Shown: one piece after another, positions 53,689 through 64,000 of the stretch
Layout: every line of letters starts with the position of its first letter
Numbering within the stretch: the first letter of the stretch is position 1
Assembly (NCBI GenBank): GCA_002269645.1
Contig: NIVC01002054.1
Span: 1-64,000 of the forward strand
DNA from: Macrostomum lignano
Lineage: Eukaryota
DNA length: 64,000 nucleotides
Direction of reading: 5' to 3'
Notes under the pieces: model-generated
Database searches by the model: none
What the model was told of the DNA's origin: nothing
What the model saw: only the letters and a program-made list of their open reading frames with translations
Made by a program: the position numbers and the translations under genes

Positions 53689-54329
53689 CTGGAAAAATAA
53701 TTCACACACAAACAAAGGAGAGTCGAGTTATATTCGTTTATAATGAGGATATTCATCATTAGCAAGTATACAAAAGCAATTACTTACAATCTTTTTTACT
53801 CGCTGGGATAAAACAGTAAATTTTAGCATTTAAAGAAACCATTTACCAGCAAGGCATTTATAGCTTATATTCTATTATATACTACTTACTGAAAAACTGT
53901 TCATAAGTAGTATAAGTCTTATTGTTTTATAGGAAAATTTGAAGCATAGGTCAACGATATGTAATAGAAGAAAAAATAGAGCGAACTCACTCGAAAACAT
54001 AAACATTAACCCAGAACAAGAAAAACTGCCAGATAAAAGCAATATCTATCAAATCCTTTTTATTATTTCTCATTTTTCCAATTATCAAACAATTTGACAG
54101 TTGATATTTTCAAAATAAGAACCTTCGTTTTACTTCATGGCTTACCCTGAGCCTGAGCTTGCTGAGCCGATTTGAATACTGTGTATTGTTTGAATATTAC
54201 AGTAATACTGCATTACTACATTAATACATTGGTATTATTAATATTATTTTTCTTTACTATTATTAACAGAACAGAAAAATACAGAATTATAAGGAACAAA
54301 TTTTTATTAATAAAGTGCACTATGTTAAT

Positions 54330-55160
54330 TTAGGTCCAATTAGGTTTACGTACTCTGTGCTCATTTAGGTCTGATTAGGTTTAGGCGCACTATGCTAATT
54401 TAGGTGGTTATTAGGTGCACCATGAGCTAATTTAGGTCTGGTTAGGTTTAGGTACATCATGAGCTAATTTAGGTCTGGTTAGGCTTAGGTGCACTCTGTG
54501 CTAATTTAGGTCTGCTTTGGTTTAGGTACACTCTGTGCTACTTTAGGTCTGGTTAGGTTTAGGTGCACTCTGTGCTAATTTAGGTCTGGTTAGGTTTTGG
54601 GACACTCATTGGAACTGATTAGGTTTAGGCGCACTATGCTAATTTAGGTGGTTATTAGGTGCACCATGAGCTAATTTAGGTCTGGTTAGGCTTAGGTACA
54701 CCATGAGCTAATTTAGGTCTGGTTAGGTTTAGGTGCACTCTGTGCTATTTTAGGTCTGATTAGGTTTAGGTGCACTCTGTGCTAATTTAGGTCTGGTTAG
54801 GTTTAGGTGCACTCTGTGCTAATTTAGGTCTGCTTTGGTTTAGGTACACTCTGTGCTACTTTAGGTCTGTTTAGTTTTAGGTGCACTATGTGCTAATTTA
54901 GGTCTGGTTAGGTTTTGGGACACTGCTAATTTAGGTCTGGTTATGTTTAGGTACATCATGAGCTAATTTAGGTCCAATGAAGTTTTAGTACACTCTGCTA
55001 ATTTAGGTCCAATTAGGTTTGGGTACAAGCTGTGCTATTTTAGGTCTGGTTAGGTTTTGGGACACTGCTTATTTAGGTCTGGTTATGTTTAGGTACACCA
55101 TGAGCTATTTAGGTCCAATTAGGTTTAGGTACACTCTGCTAACTTAGGTCTGGTTAGGCA
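54330..55160. repeat. ~37-bp minisatellite GCTAATTTAGGTCTGGTTAGGTTTAGGTGCACTCTGT
   Basis: Degenerate tandem copies in REEP intron 2, starting ~15 nt from the donor. Confidence 0.9.
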
Positions 55161-55175
55161 ATGCAAAACACTTAC

Positions 55176-55565
55176 CCTCAGTAACCAACTGCCCAGCAGC
55201 GTCATGCACTTTGCCCAGAGTGGCATCAATGCTCTTCTGATGCTTGAGCACAATTGGGCGAATCACTCGGTTGTAGAGCAGCACAGATCCATTGGCAGAG
55301 ATTGGCACCATCAGGTAGATGAGGAAGATGCACTTTAGAAAGGCGTACAGTGGAATCCACCAGAGAAAGATGTCAGTGAATGTCTCCAGCAGGCTAAAGG
55401 CGGCGTACACAACCCAGTAAGTGAGCCATTTGGTGTCATCATCTTTCTCGTGAGTCTCAATGGCTTTCACAGAGGCGTAGGCTGGGTATAGAAAGCCAAT
55501 GAAGTTGGCCAAGAAGTTTGAGCCATAGCCAAACATCAGGTAGATGGCCAAGAATGCAATGAGAC
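55176..55565 (-). CDS. REEP5: REEP5-like exon 2 (TB2/DP1/HVA22 domain)
   Basis: GFLYPAYASVKAIETHEKDDDTKWLTYWVVY...WIPLY..LKC signature; ACAG acceptor and GTAAGT donor; phase 1-1. Confidence 0.95.
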
Positions 55566-56866
55566 CTGTTTTTGGTTGAGTGGTGGGTTTTAACATATGT
55601 ACATAATTCATTATCAAAAAAGGACTAAAAGTCTAACTGGACTGGTTTAGTTTCATATTTTTTCAATTAAAAATTAGGTGATTGTTTATGATTGTGCTCT
55701 GCATAAACTACAGAGTATAGTATACCACACAGACCTTAGAAAAGATTTGTATACAAACTTAGTATCACTTTGAAAGCTTTTTAATTATATTTGGGTAAAT
55801 TCTATATAGATTAACAATAGTATTCCTTCAGTTTTTTAATTTGATAATATATTATTGTATATCATGTGCCCTTTACTAAAACCATATATAATTACCATGT
55901 ATAATCATATAGTATATAGGAAGTTATCAATTAGTAACTATTTCCCTATAAAAATCATAGCAATTAGATAAACATAGTGATCTTATCTAGGCTAAACAAG
56001 CTAAATGATAGTTTAAATTTTAGAAACATTTCAACTAAGTAAAACATTATGCTATTTTTCAATCACAAAAAGGAGCCTATGACTTTCTTTTGAACATGGT
56101 ATATATAATAAAGCTAGACTATATAGTATATTTAATCAAGTATTCATGACTATTTTGACTGACTAATACTACTTCAATATGAAACTAATACAAAATAAGG
56201 AAAATGGAAAATATATATTGACAAAGGTAAAGCCGAAACATGCTACCCTAGCAACTTTTCCCTTTTTGTCTTAATACCTAGATATCTTCATATATAAAAC
56301 AATGTATACAATATATAAAAAATATATCAAATACAATATATCAAAAAATAATATGGTAACAAAAACTACAAATGATACCTAGACCTAAAGTCAAAGAAGA
56401 AATTTTAGAATGCTAAAATTTATTATAGATTTTTTTACTACAAACAACTTGTCTTTTGCCTAGAAAAGCATAGTTTAATATATTTAAGATAGGGAAAATA
56501 CCATTTTTTATGTTGAAATGTTGTTACTAAAAAGATTATTATATATTCATAAGAAAATTGTTTGTTGAAAATTACCTAATTATTAATTAATTATTTCTGG
56601 GCACTTTTTCTATTATATTGTTTTATATTTTTTTTCATTGATTGTCTTTTGTCTAAAATCTTAAACTGTTTTTTGTTAAAGACCTAATTAGTATAGTAAT
56701 TAGTAATAATAACTGCACTGGTAAAAACTTTTTTGTCACTATATTACCATTGGCATTATGTTACCATTAGCTTTTTATTTTTAGCTATTTTTTCACGTTT
56801 TCCATCAGTCGTAAAAATATTTCTTATTGCTCAACATGCTCAACAAAAGACCAGCATCGTACATAC

Positions 56867-56978
56867 CAAGAGCAAAGTACAATCGTTTGACTCCAGTCTT
56901 TTCTTCCACGACTTTACACGCCTGACCGATTGCGTTGTCCTGATTGAGAAACTTTTCAAGCCTTTTGACGTACTCCAT
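56867..56978 (-). CDS. REEP5: REEP5/DP1/Yop1 ER-shaping protein exon 1. Gene = complement join(56978-56867,55565-55176,53688-53591), 199 aa
   Basis: GCCATGG start; MEYVKRLEKFLNQDNAIGQACKVVEEKTGVKRLYFALG resembles the REEP5/6 N-terminus; GTATGT donor at phase 1. Absent from the ORF track. Confidence 0.9.
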
Positions 56979-58419
56979 GGCAGCTTGTAGTAGACTCTAC
57001 TTTCAATTACTTAACAAGGAGTTCTTGAAAGAAAGCTTAGTTAATTGACAGGTATAAACAGTTTTTTAGTCAGTTTGAACGCTGATCTATGCAGAGAAAA
57101 CAAGTGGCAAAATTTCTAAGAAAGGTAAGCCTTGTACAGAGCAAAGCTACGTAGGCATATAAACAATATAAAAAAGAATTTTAGCCAAACTTTCGTTAGT
57201 TATTTCAGCAGAACCTAGTCCTTTTTTAACATTAAAAAACCTTTTAAAATTCTATTATGCAATCACAACCAAAAACGGAGCAAAATTTAGTCATAGCATC
57301 AAAGTTATAGCTGAGCTGTAACCTGAGATGTATTTTGACTTTGAGTTGTATTTGAGCTGTATTTGAGCTATATCTGAGCAACTGTATGGCTCCACTGACA
57401 GTCGTCAAATAGATCCAGCCTCCAGCAGCGCGGAATCTTTTGAGGCGTCATGATGATAAGGAAATCAAATCAACGAGACAAATACATGTAAAACAGATTT
57501 ACATTTACATGTAGGTGAAAGCACAGGGTTCGGATGGATGCTTTACTGTAAGAATTGAGGCTGTAACGATCGAGATTATTTTGCTTTTTATCAAAACTGA
57601 AACTACATGTATACTCCACATATTTATTGTTCAGAAAGTTTAGTTGTTATAGGCTCTAACTTTTTAATTTCTATCAATTGCTATTATTTGTATTTAACAT
57701 AAAAAACTGCGTCCTTTTAATGCATGTTTCCTGTCAAGGATGCGCATGCAATGCATCAATTATATCTTCAATTAAATGCTACGAACTACGAACTATTCGT
57801 CCTACAAACTATTAAATGTAATTGCGTTTCATTCGAGGTGAAAATATATGCATTCCACATCCGAATCAAGGGACCACTCCACTCTAGAAGTTACTGGTAA
57901 ACGCAAATTGATTCAAATCAAAATCAAAATAGAGTCGAGCTAATCCACTGCCATGGCAATCAAGTGCGAGCGTTTCGACGACTATGGTATTTACGAGCTA
58001 TATTGTCTTTCAGTCTGTGCATACATTCGTGCACATGGTTGCGGAAAATATAGAATACATCACACATGCAGCTGCCGCCGCCAGACGGGGCCGGAGATGA
58101 AGCGGATGTTGGAGCTGCATGGTGTTTATTTTTGTTTGAATCTGGCACAGCGACAAACATTAACCACAATGAAAACCAAAGCTATATTGTGAGACGAATG
58201 TCTGAAAAAAAAGAAGTGACGCAAAAAAGAGAATGCGAGCAAATCGAACTCCTCCCGGCAATAACACTGCTCTGCGACCGCTGTGGGAGGAAAGGGCCGT
58301 AAACAAAGGCAATCGCTGAGCTCCCAGACTCGCGAGCGCAGAGTCAGAGACACCGCTGCATTCTAGGAAGATAAGAAACCGACCGTGATTGTCTGCTGCT
58401 CACGTGACAGCAAGAGAGC

Positions 58420-58990
58420 ATGCGGCAGTGCAACGTGCGCATGATTGGCGCCTGCAGCAATTTGACGGAGGGTGATATCTTCACTGATGACACCACCCAC
58501 GTTTGTGTCTCATGTTCTGCAACAACGACCGAATGCGATCGGTTTGGCGTTAGCCACAGGAGGAGTTTCTGGACGACTTTGTGCGGCTAGCCGGCTCACA
58601 GAGTGTTTCAATGCACGCCTGGAGCAGAATGTGGCTGCACGTGGGCAGACCTATGTATGCAGAACTGTTAAAGCAACAGTCTCTGTAAACTTTGCTATAC
58701 AGCAATCTTATACAGCCTGCAGAACTTGCATTCGTCATGGCGAAAACGCTGCGCTGAATCGAGAATAGCAAAGTGCAGCTGCTGCATGAAACCAGGCCGC
58801 CAAAGTCGCATGAAAGCCCATCGGCTTCGTAAAGCGAAGACTTTAGCAGGGTGCCTTGCAAAAATGATGAGCAGTGAAGCCATTTGCAACAGCTCTGCCC
58901 CGAGAGTTCATCAATCGGCTGGTGATCAGGATGCCACGACGAATGACAGTTACTTTTGAATGCTCGGGGTTCCTATACACACGCGATACT
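58420..58990 (+). pseudogene. Decayed Tc1/mariner-like transposase remnant
   Basis: Motifs appear in the right order across shifted frames: DIFTDD (~58474; cf. VIFSDE), IQQ..TAC.T (cf. FQQDNAPCH), VQLLHETRPPKS (cf. VLxWPxxSP), LPREFINRLVIRMPRR (~58900-58945; cf. IP.E.I..LV.SMPRR). Contains stops and frameshifts. Confidence 0.45.
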
Positions 58991-59520
58991 GAAAGAAGCA
59001 TTAAAAGAAATTGCTTAAATTTTTGTGGCGCGTAAAAGCGTTAGTTGGGGGGGGGGGGTTAGGGGGTTAGCTGCCGCTGTGTATACAATAGAAGAAGTTT
59101 TGGAAGACAATGCAGCCATCCCAAATGACTTTTTAGAAGCAACAGAAATTATACGACTTGAAGAGTTGCTTCAAGTTGCTTCCTTCTGTCTATCTTAACT
59201 TGACAAGTTAGCCATGCTTGTCGTGCCACCTTCTCTGGGAAACTAGACTTCTCTTTCTTTCGACTTCAAAGCCTCTCTGAGCAAAGACTAAGCAGCGCAC
59301 AATTCAAGCATCCATTCTTACCACTTTTTTCTGCTTCCACTCTGCTTCAAAACAATGTAGTTTTAAAGGCTGGTGGAGATGTCGCAGAGCACAAGATCAG
59401 AACTGAGCTAGAAAAAAAGGTGAGCGAGCGGCTTGCAAGAGCTACAACAGCAACAGCTATCAGTGAGTGACTTACGATCTGCCAACCGACTTCAAGCTGC
59501 AAAGTTCAAACTCAAGAGAT

Positions 59521-59842
59521 ATGCAGCAGCTCCTAGCAGCCGCATTCGCTCTGTTAGCGACGGCTTGCCAGACAGTCGCAGGCAGCTGCGCCAACCAGAA
59601 GCTGTTCTCTTTAGCTCAGCCCGACAGCCTGACGGTGCCGCAGTCCTTCAAGTCCGTGCAGGCAGTTGGCAGCGAGCTGCAGTGCTCTCTGCAGTGCAGG
59701 GCCCAGTCCGGTGTCTGCTTCGGCTTCTACTGGCAAGAGGCGAGTCTGTTGTGCCAGCTGTTCAGCATCGCTGCGTTCTTCAGCAAGTCGCTGTGGCAGC
59801 CGAGCGCCAGGTCGGTCAACGTCTTTACGAAGCCGTTCGACT
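59521..59842 (+). CDS. Secreted PAN/apple + F-type lectin protein, exon 1 (signal peptide + PAN-like domain). Gene = join(59521-59842,60738-61156), 246 aa
   Basis: MQQLLAAAFALLATACQTVAG signal peptide; SELQCSLQC...CFGF......CQLF PAN pattern; GTGAGT donor at 59843 (phase 1). Confidence 0.85.
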
Positions 59843-60737
59843 GTGAGTTTTGCGCTGATTGAATGCAATGGCATAAATGACTTGTAATCACGGAGATTCA
59901 AAGCTCTTAAATGTTTTGTCCTTCGCTTTGCATGCTGTGTTACCCACAGAAGCAGCTTTGATTTTGCTTAACTTGCAGTATGAGAGCTCCTCCAGGTGCT
60001 CACAGTCCAAAATCACAAGTCTTATGGATCCATCCCTTTCCTGCCTTGTTGAATCGATTGGACAAGCGTGGTTCCTGCTGCCACCAGGCTCCTGATGTCC
60101 CCTAATCCTAGGATGTAGTATTTAAAGAACAATTTCAGGACACAAAATGAAATATTTTAAGTTTGACACAAGGTTTACAAAAATAATAATTGCAGATAAA
60201 ACGCCAATTGCACAAAAGCGGTTCTTTGCATAAAATTCCGTTTCTAAGTACTTGGGCAAGACTCAAGATCCTGTGTCCTGTGATCCTGTGATAGAATTCT
60301 TCTAAGTCAGAAACCGCACTGGGAGATACAGCGCAGGCGCTTCTCTTTAGCAGCCAGCCAGCTGCTCTTTACCAGTAATAAGTCCCAAAATTCTCGATCC
60401 ACCTTGCCCTAGTTATTTTCCCTGGCTAAAACTACTGATAGTAGTGTAAAAGCATATTTGTCCCGTGTCTATTTCTACCCATAAATTTTGCCCTACTAGT
60501 CTACTACACGATTATCGATAAGGCGATCCTGGCATCAATGACGTTGCCTGTTGCAGAATCTCTTTTACGCTCGTATAGTGTCTATTTGTTAAGTTACAAG
60601 TTTCTAAGCAAGTCCAAATCCAACCCGAGTGAAGCAGGAGGAAAAGAAGGGCATACATGTACAATAAGCACAACTGCAGAAAGGTTTGTTTCTCATCAAT
60701 ACTAGCACTAATTCCGCCAAATGTCTCTTTTTTGCAG

Positions 60738-61156
60738 TGTCAGCAGAATCCATCCTGACTGTTCAACACTGCAGTCAGATTTCTACTCTAGCGGGTGCAG
60801 TCTGCAGTCTCGCAATTGATGGCAACACGAATCAGCTCTTTAACGGAGGCTCCTGCACCCACACTGACGGAGGCGAATTCCATTGGTGGCAGGGCGACCT
60901 CGCTCAGCAGTTCCGCATCACGGCAGTCCGCATCTTTAACAGGCAGGACTGCTGCGCTGAGAGGCTCAACAACTTCACCCTGTTGGTTGACGACGTCGAG
61001 TGCGCCAGGGTGGATGCGGATCCGAGCTTCTCCATCAAGATGGTCAGCTGCCTCGGCTACGGCAGTCGGGTTCGCCTCGTCAGTCGCTTGCGTGGTTTGA
61101 AATTCAGCCTGTGCGAAGTTGAGTTGTTTGGCTTCATGGTCTCTGTGCTGCCTTAG
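60738..61156 (+). CDS. PAN + F-type lectin protein, exon 2 (fucolectin/F5-F8-type domain)
   Basis: TTTTGCAG acceptor at phase 1; AIDGN, CTHT...WWQGDL...NRQDCCAERL...LCEVELFG. The H-x26-R-x-D-x4-R fucose-binding motif is intact (counted by hand). Confidence 0.92.
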
Positions 61157-61199
61157 CGGACTGATGAACGAGTTTTTATGAAAAATCTGCCTGAAGCGT

Positions 61200-62280
61200 T
61201 TTTTTAATAATCTTGATAAACCTTTAGAGTTCCTTTTCTGCTTTCAGTTTGTGATTTTTATTAAATGTTGTTACCAGTTTGTTATAACCAGCCTAATGGT
61301 TCTTTTTAATAATCTTCGTTAAACTCTCTTTAGAATTCTTTTTCTGTTTTCAATTTGATTTTTACTAAATGCTTTTACCAGTTTGTTATAACCAGCCGAA
61401 TTGTTTTTTAAAAATCTTGTTAAACTCTCTTTAGAATTCTTTTTCTGTTTTCAATTTGATTTTTACTAAATGCTTTTACCAGTTTGTTATAACCAGCCGA
61501 ATTGTTTTTTAATAATCTTTGTTAAACTCTCTTTAGAATTCTTTTTCTGTTTTCAATTTGATTTTTACTAAATGCTTTTGCCAGTTTGTTATAACCAGCC
61601 GAATTGTTTTTTAATAATCTTTGTTAAACTCTCTTTAGAATTCTTTTTCTGTTTTCAATTTGATTTTTACTAAATGCTTTTGCCAGTTTGTTATAACCAG
61701 CCGAATTGTTTTTTAAAAATCTTGTTTAACTCTCTTTAGAATTCTTTTTCTGTTTTCAATTTGATTTTTACTAAATGCTTTTGCCAGTTTGTTATAACCA
61801 GCCGAATTGTTTTTTAAAAATCTTGTTTAACTCTCTTTAGAATTCTTTTTCTGTTTTCAATTTGATTTTTACTAAATGCTTTTACCAGTTTGTTATAACC
61901 AGCCGAATTGTTTTTTAAAAATCTTGTTAAACTCTCTTAGAATTCTTTTTCTGTTTTCAATTTGATTTTTACTAAATGCTTTTACCAGTTTGTTATAACC
62001 AGCCGAATTGTTTAAAAATCTTGTTAAACTCTCTTTAGAATTCTTTTTCTGTTTTCAATTTGATTTTTACTAAATGCTTTTACCAGTTTGTTATAACCAG
62101 CCGAATTGTTTTTTAAAAATCTTGTTAAACTCTCTTAGAATTCTTTTTCTGTTTTCAATTTGATTTTTACTAAATGCTTTTACCAGTTTGTTATAACCAG
62201 CCGAATTGTTTAAAAATCTTGTTAAACTCTCTTTAGAATTCTTTTTCTGTTTTCAATTTGTGATTTTTACTAATTGTTAT
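61200..62280. repeat. ~101-bp AT-rich tandem repeat, ~10 copies
   Basis: Unit ...TTTTACCAGTTTGTTATAACCAGCCGAATTGTTTTTTAAAAATCTTGTTAAACTCTCTTTAGAATTC... recurs at 100-102 bp spacing. Confidence 0.95.
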
Positions 62281-62719
62281 TAAGTTGTAGGCGCATAAAA
62301 TGTAGGCCGTTTTATTTGTTTCTTCAGCTTGGCTATAGCGCTCGGCCTGAGGTTCTTCGTTACGAGCACATGCATCAGCTAACTATATAGATACAAGCAC
62401 TCTATGAAATTCTTATTTCGCGCTTAATTATCCTGTCGTTCCCCGTTTGAATCTTGAAGTTGTATTTAGTTATTTCAATTTTTAATACATTCAATCCCTT
62501 CTTCCCGCCCTCTCCACAATGCTAATTAGCAACAGCCCCACTATTGATGCATTAATTGCTAACTAAACGTTCGGTCGGTAAGGTGGCTCCAATTTGAAGC
62601 CTTTTGTTGTAGTAGCGTCAAGTCCTCAGTGGCCTCAGTCTCCGGTGAGGTGAGGGTCCCGTTGAAACGAAGAAATAAAATAAGACGAGTCCACTCTGCT
62701 CTCTTACATGTAACTCGTT

Positions 62720-62758
<39 letters not shown>

Positions 62759-63284
62759 CCCGGGTCTATGTGAATTTAGTAACGCTTGAATTTAGTACCG
62801 CAACGGTGCAGCTGAGGGATGTCCCATATGTATCAGTGTAATATATAATGTTAAATTATATACCTATTATTTATATGGTGATTTCAATATTAATATTGCA
62901 TAAATTGAAGAATTAAAGAATAGAAGAATTTTCGCCGATCAGGATTATCCACATACCCCCCACAGCTACGCCTAGATGGTAATGCTTGGATTTAGTAACG
63001 AATGTATTAATACTAAATACTTAACTCTTGAATTTAGGAACGATCATATATTCGTTATGAAGGAATTCTACGAGCTATTGTCTTGCAACTTCACTCTTAC
63101 ATAGTGAACCTAGTTACATAGTTACATAGTTACATAGTAGCTATAGCTGTAGCTTCGACAGCCAATCACCGACTTTCAAGATTGCATTATAAAAAGGCAG
63201 TCCACAATGAGTGCAGAGGGTCTAAAACATCCTTCCGAGATAAGCAGTTGAATTAAGCATAGCATAAACTCCACTGCCAAGAAC

Positions 63285-64000
63285 ATGAAATACCCTGGTA
63301 CCACTGTAGATGTACATGTAGCCCTACTGCTCGCATCGCTTCTGAGCAACCCTTGCTTAGCCTCGGGCCAGACGCAGCAGTGCACCGGCGGTCTCCGTCG
63401 CTACCAAAATTACAGCCTGCAGCCGGACTGCAGCGACTCCAACAGCACAGCTGATGAAGCAGGCGACTCTGTCACGGTGGCCACCTCAAGCCCACTCACC
63501 TGTGCACTCATTGCCAGCCAGAATGCCACAGCTGCTCCAGCTGCACTCGTCATGATGAGCTCACCAAACCACAACTCCATCAGCGAGTGCCGCATCGTCT
63601 CTGCTTCGTGCCAGCGCTTCAAGCTGATCAACAAGTCGGAATCAGCTCGGCGACCGACTCCCGTGCTTGTTCTGGTGAGGTCAGCTGACTCGAAGGCGTT
63701 CCTTGTGTTCTCAATCAAGGCCGGCAGCGGAGTGAAGTCGTGGCAGCTTTTCGCAGGCGGCGATGCGGCGTCCAGCAGCGAGCGGCTGCTGCTGCAGTCG
63801 ATGGATTCCCCTCTGCTGCCGGACAGGTTCAGGTCCGGCCTGCTGGACAGGATGCCGAGTCTGCTGCGAGCCCTGGCCTTCAAGCAGCTCATTGTGTGCG
63901 TGTACAGGCCTGGCGGGGAGCTGGTGGTGAAGCTGGTGTTGGACGTGTCCGGCCTGGGCGACTCTATCGACAGGGAGAACTGGTTCCACTGGAGCCACCT
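63285..64000 (+). CDS. Secreted protein, 5' part (signal peptide, degenerate PAN-like region, then an unassigned domain); truncated by the window edge
   Basis: ATG 63285; frame open to 64000 (~238 codons): MKYPGTTVDVHVALLLASLLSNPCLAS...SPLTCALIA...ECRIVS...FLVFSIKAGSGVKSWQLF...DRFRSGLLDRMP...IVCVYRPGGELVVKLVLD...RENWF. Missed by the ORF track, probably because no stop falls inside the window. Confidence 0.8.
   Translation, partial: MKYPGTTVDVHVALLLASLLSNPCLASGQTQQCTGGLRRYQNYSLQPDCSDSNSTADEAGDSVTVATSSPLTCALIASQNATAAPAALVMMSSPNHNSISECRIVSASCQRFKLINKSESARRPTPVLVLVRSADSKAFLVFSIKAGSGVKSWQLFAGGDAASSSERLLLQSMDSPLLPDRFRSGLLDRMPSLLRALAFKQLIVCVYRPGGELVVKLVLDVSGLGDSIDRENWFHWSH

Overview
Eukaryotic (animal) genomic DNA, not prokaryotic. 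GC-rich spliced exons sit among roughly 24 kb (~38% by my rough sum) of micro- and minisatellites. The style suggests a flatworm such as Macrostomum, but that is inference only. I assembled the gene models by hand from splice sites and reading phase. (1) A frameshifted terminal exon of an Ig-domain protein with a GPI-like tail (~433-1004). (2) tRNA-Arg(TCG). (3) A 2.4-kb solo LTR with a 4-bp TSD. (4) An 8-exon protocadherin with 7 EC repeats (+, 11890-28740). (5) An unknown ~660-aa coiled-coil gene with an upstream X-box (+, 31519-36370). (6) A 6-exon Rab26/37-type GTPase (-, 44346-38721). (7) A 3-exon REEP5/DP1/Yop1 gene (-, 56978-53591). (8) A decayed Tc1-like transposase. (9) A secreted PAN + F-type lectin gene (+, 59521-61156). 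(10) A second secreted-protein ORF running off the right edge (63285->64000). The most notable points are the Rab's catalytic Q->T substitution (DTAGTE), a probably Ca2+-deficient EC5-EC6 linker in the protocadherin, a dual-frame cytoplasmic exon in the same gene, and a pattern in which most introns are filled by their own tandem array. There is no CRISPR array and no evidence of a prokaryotic system. Most long ORFs in the supplied track are repeat artefacts.
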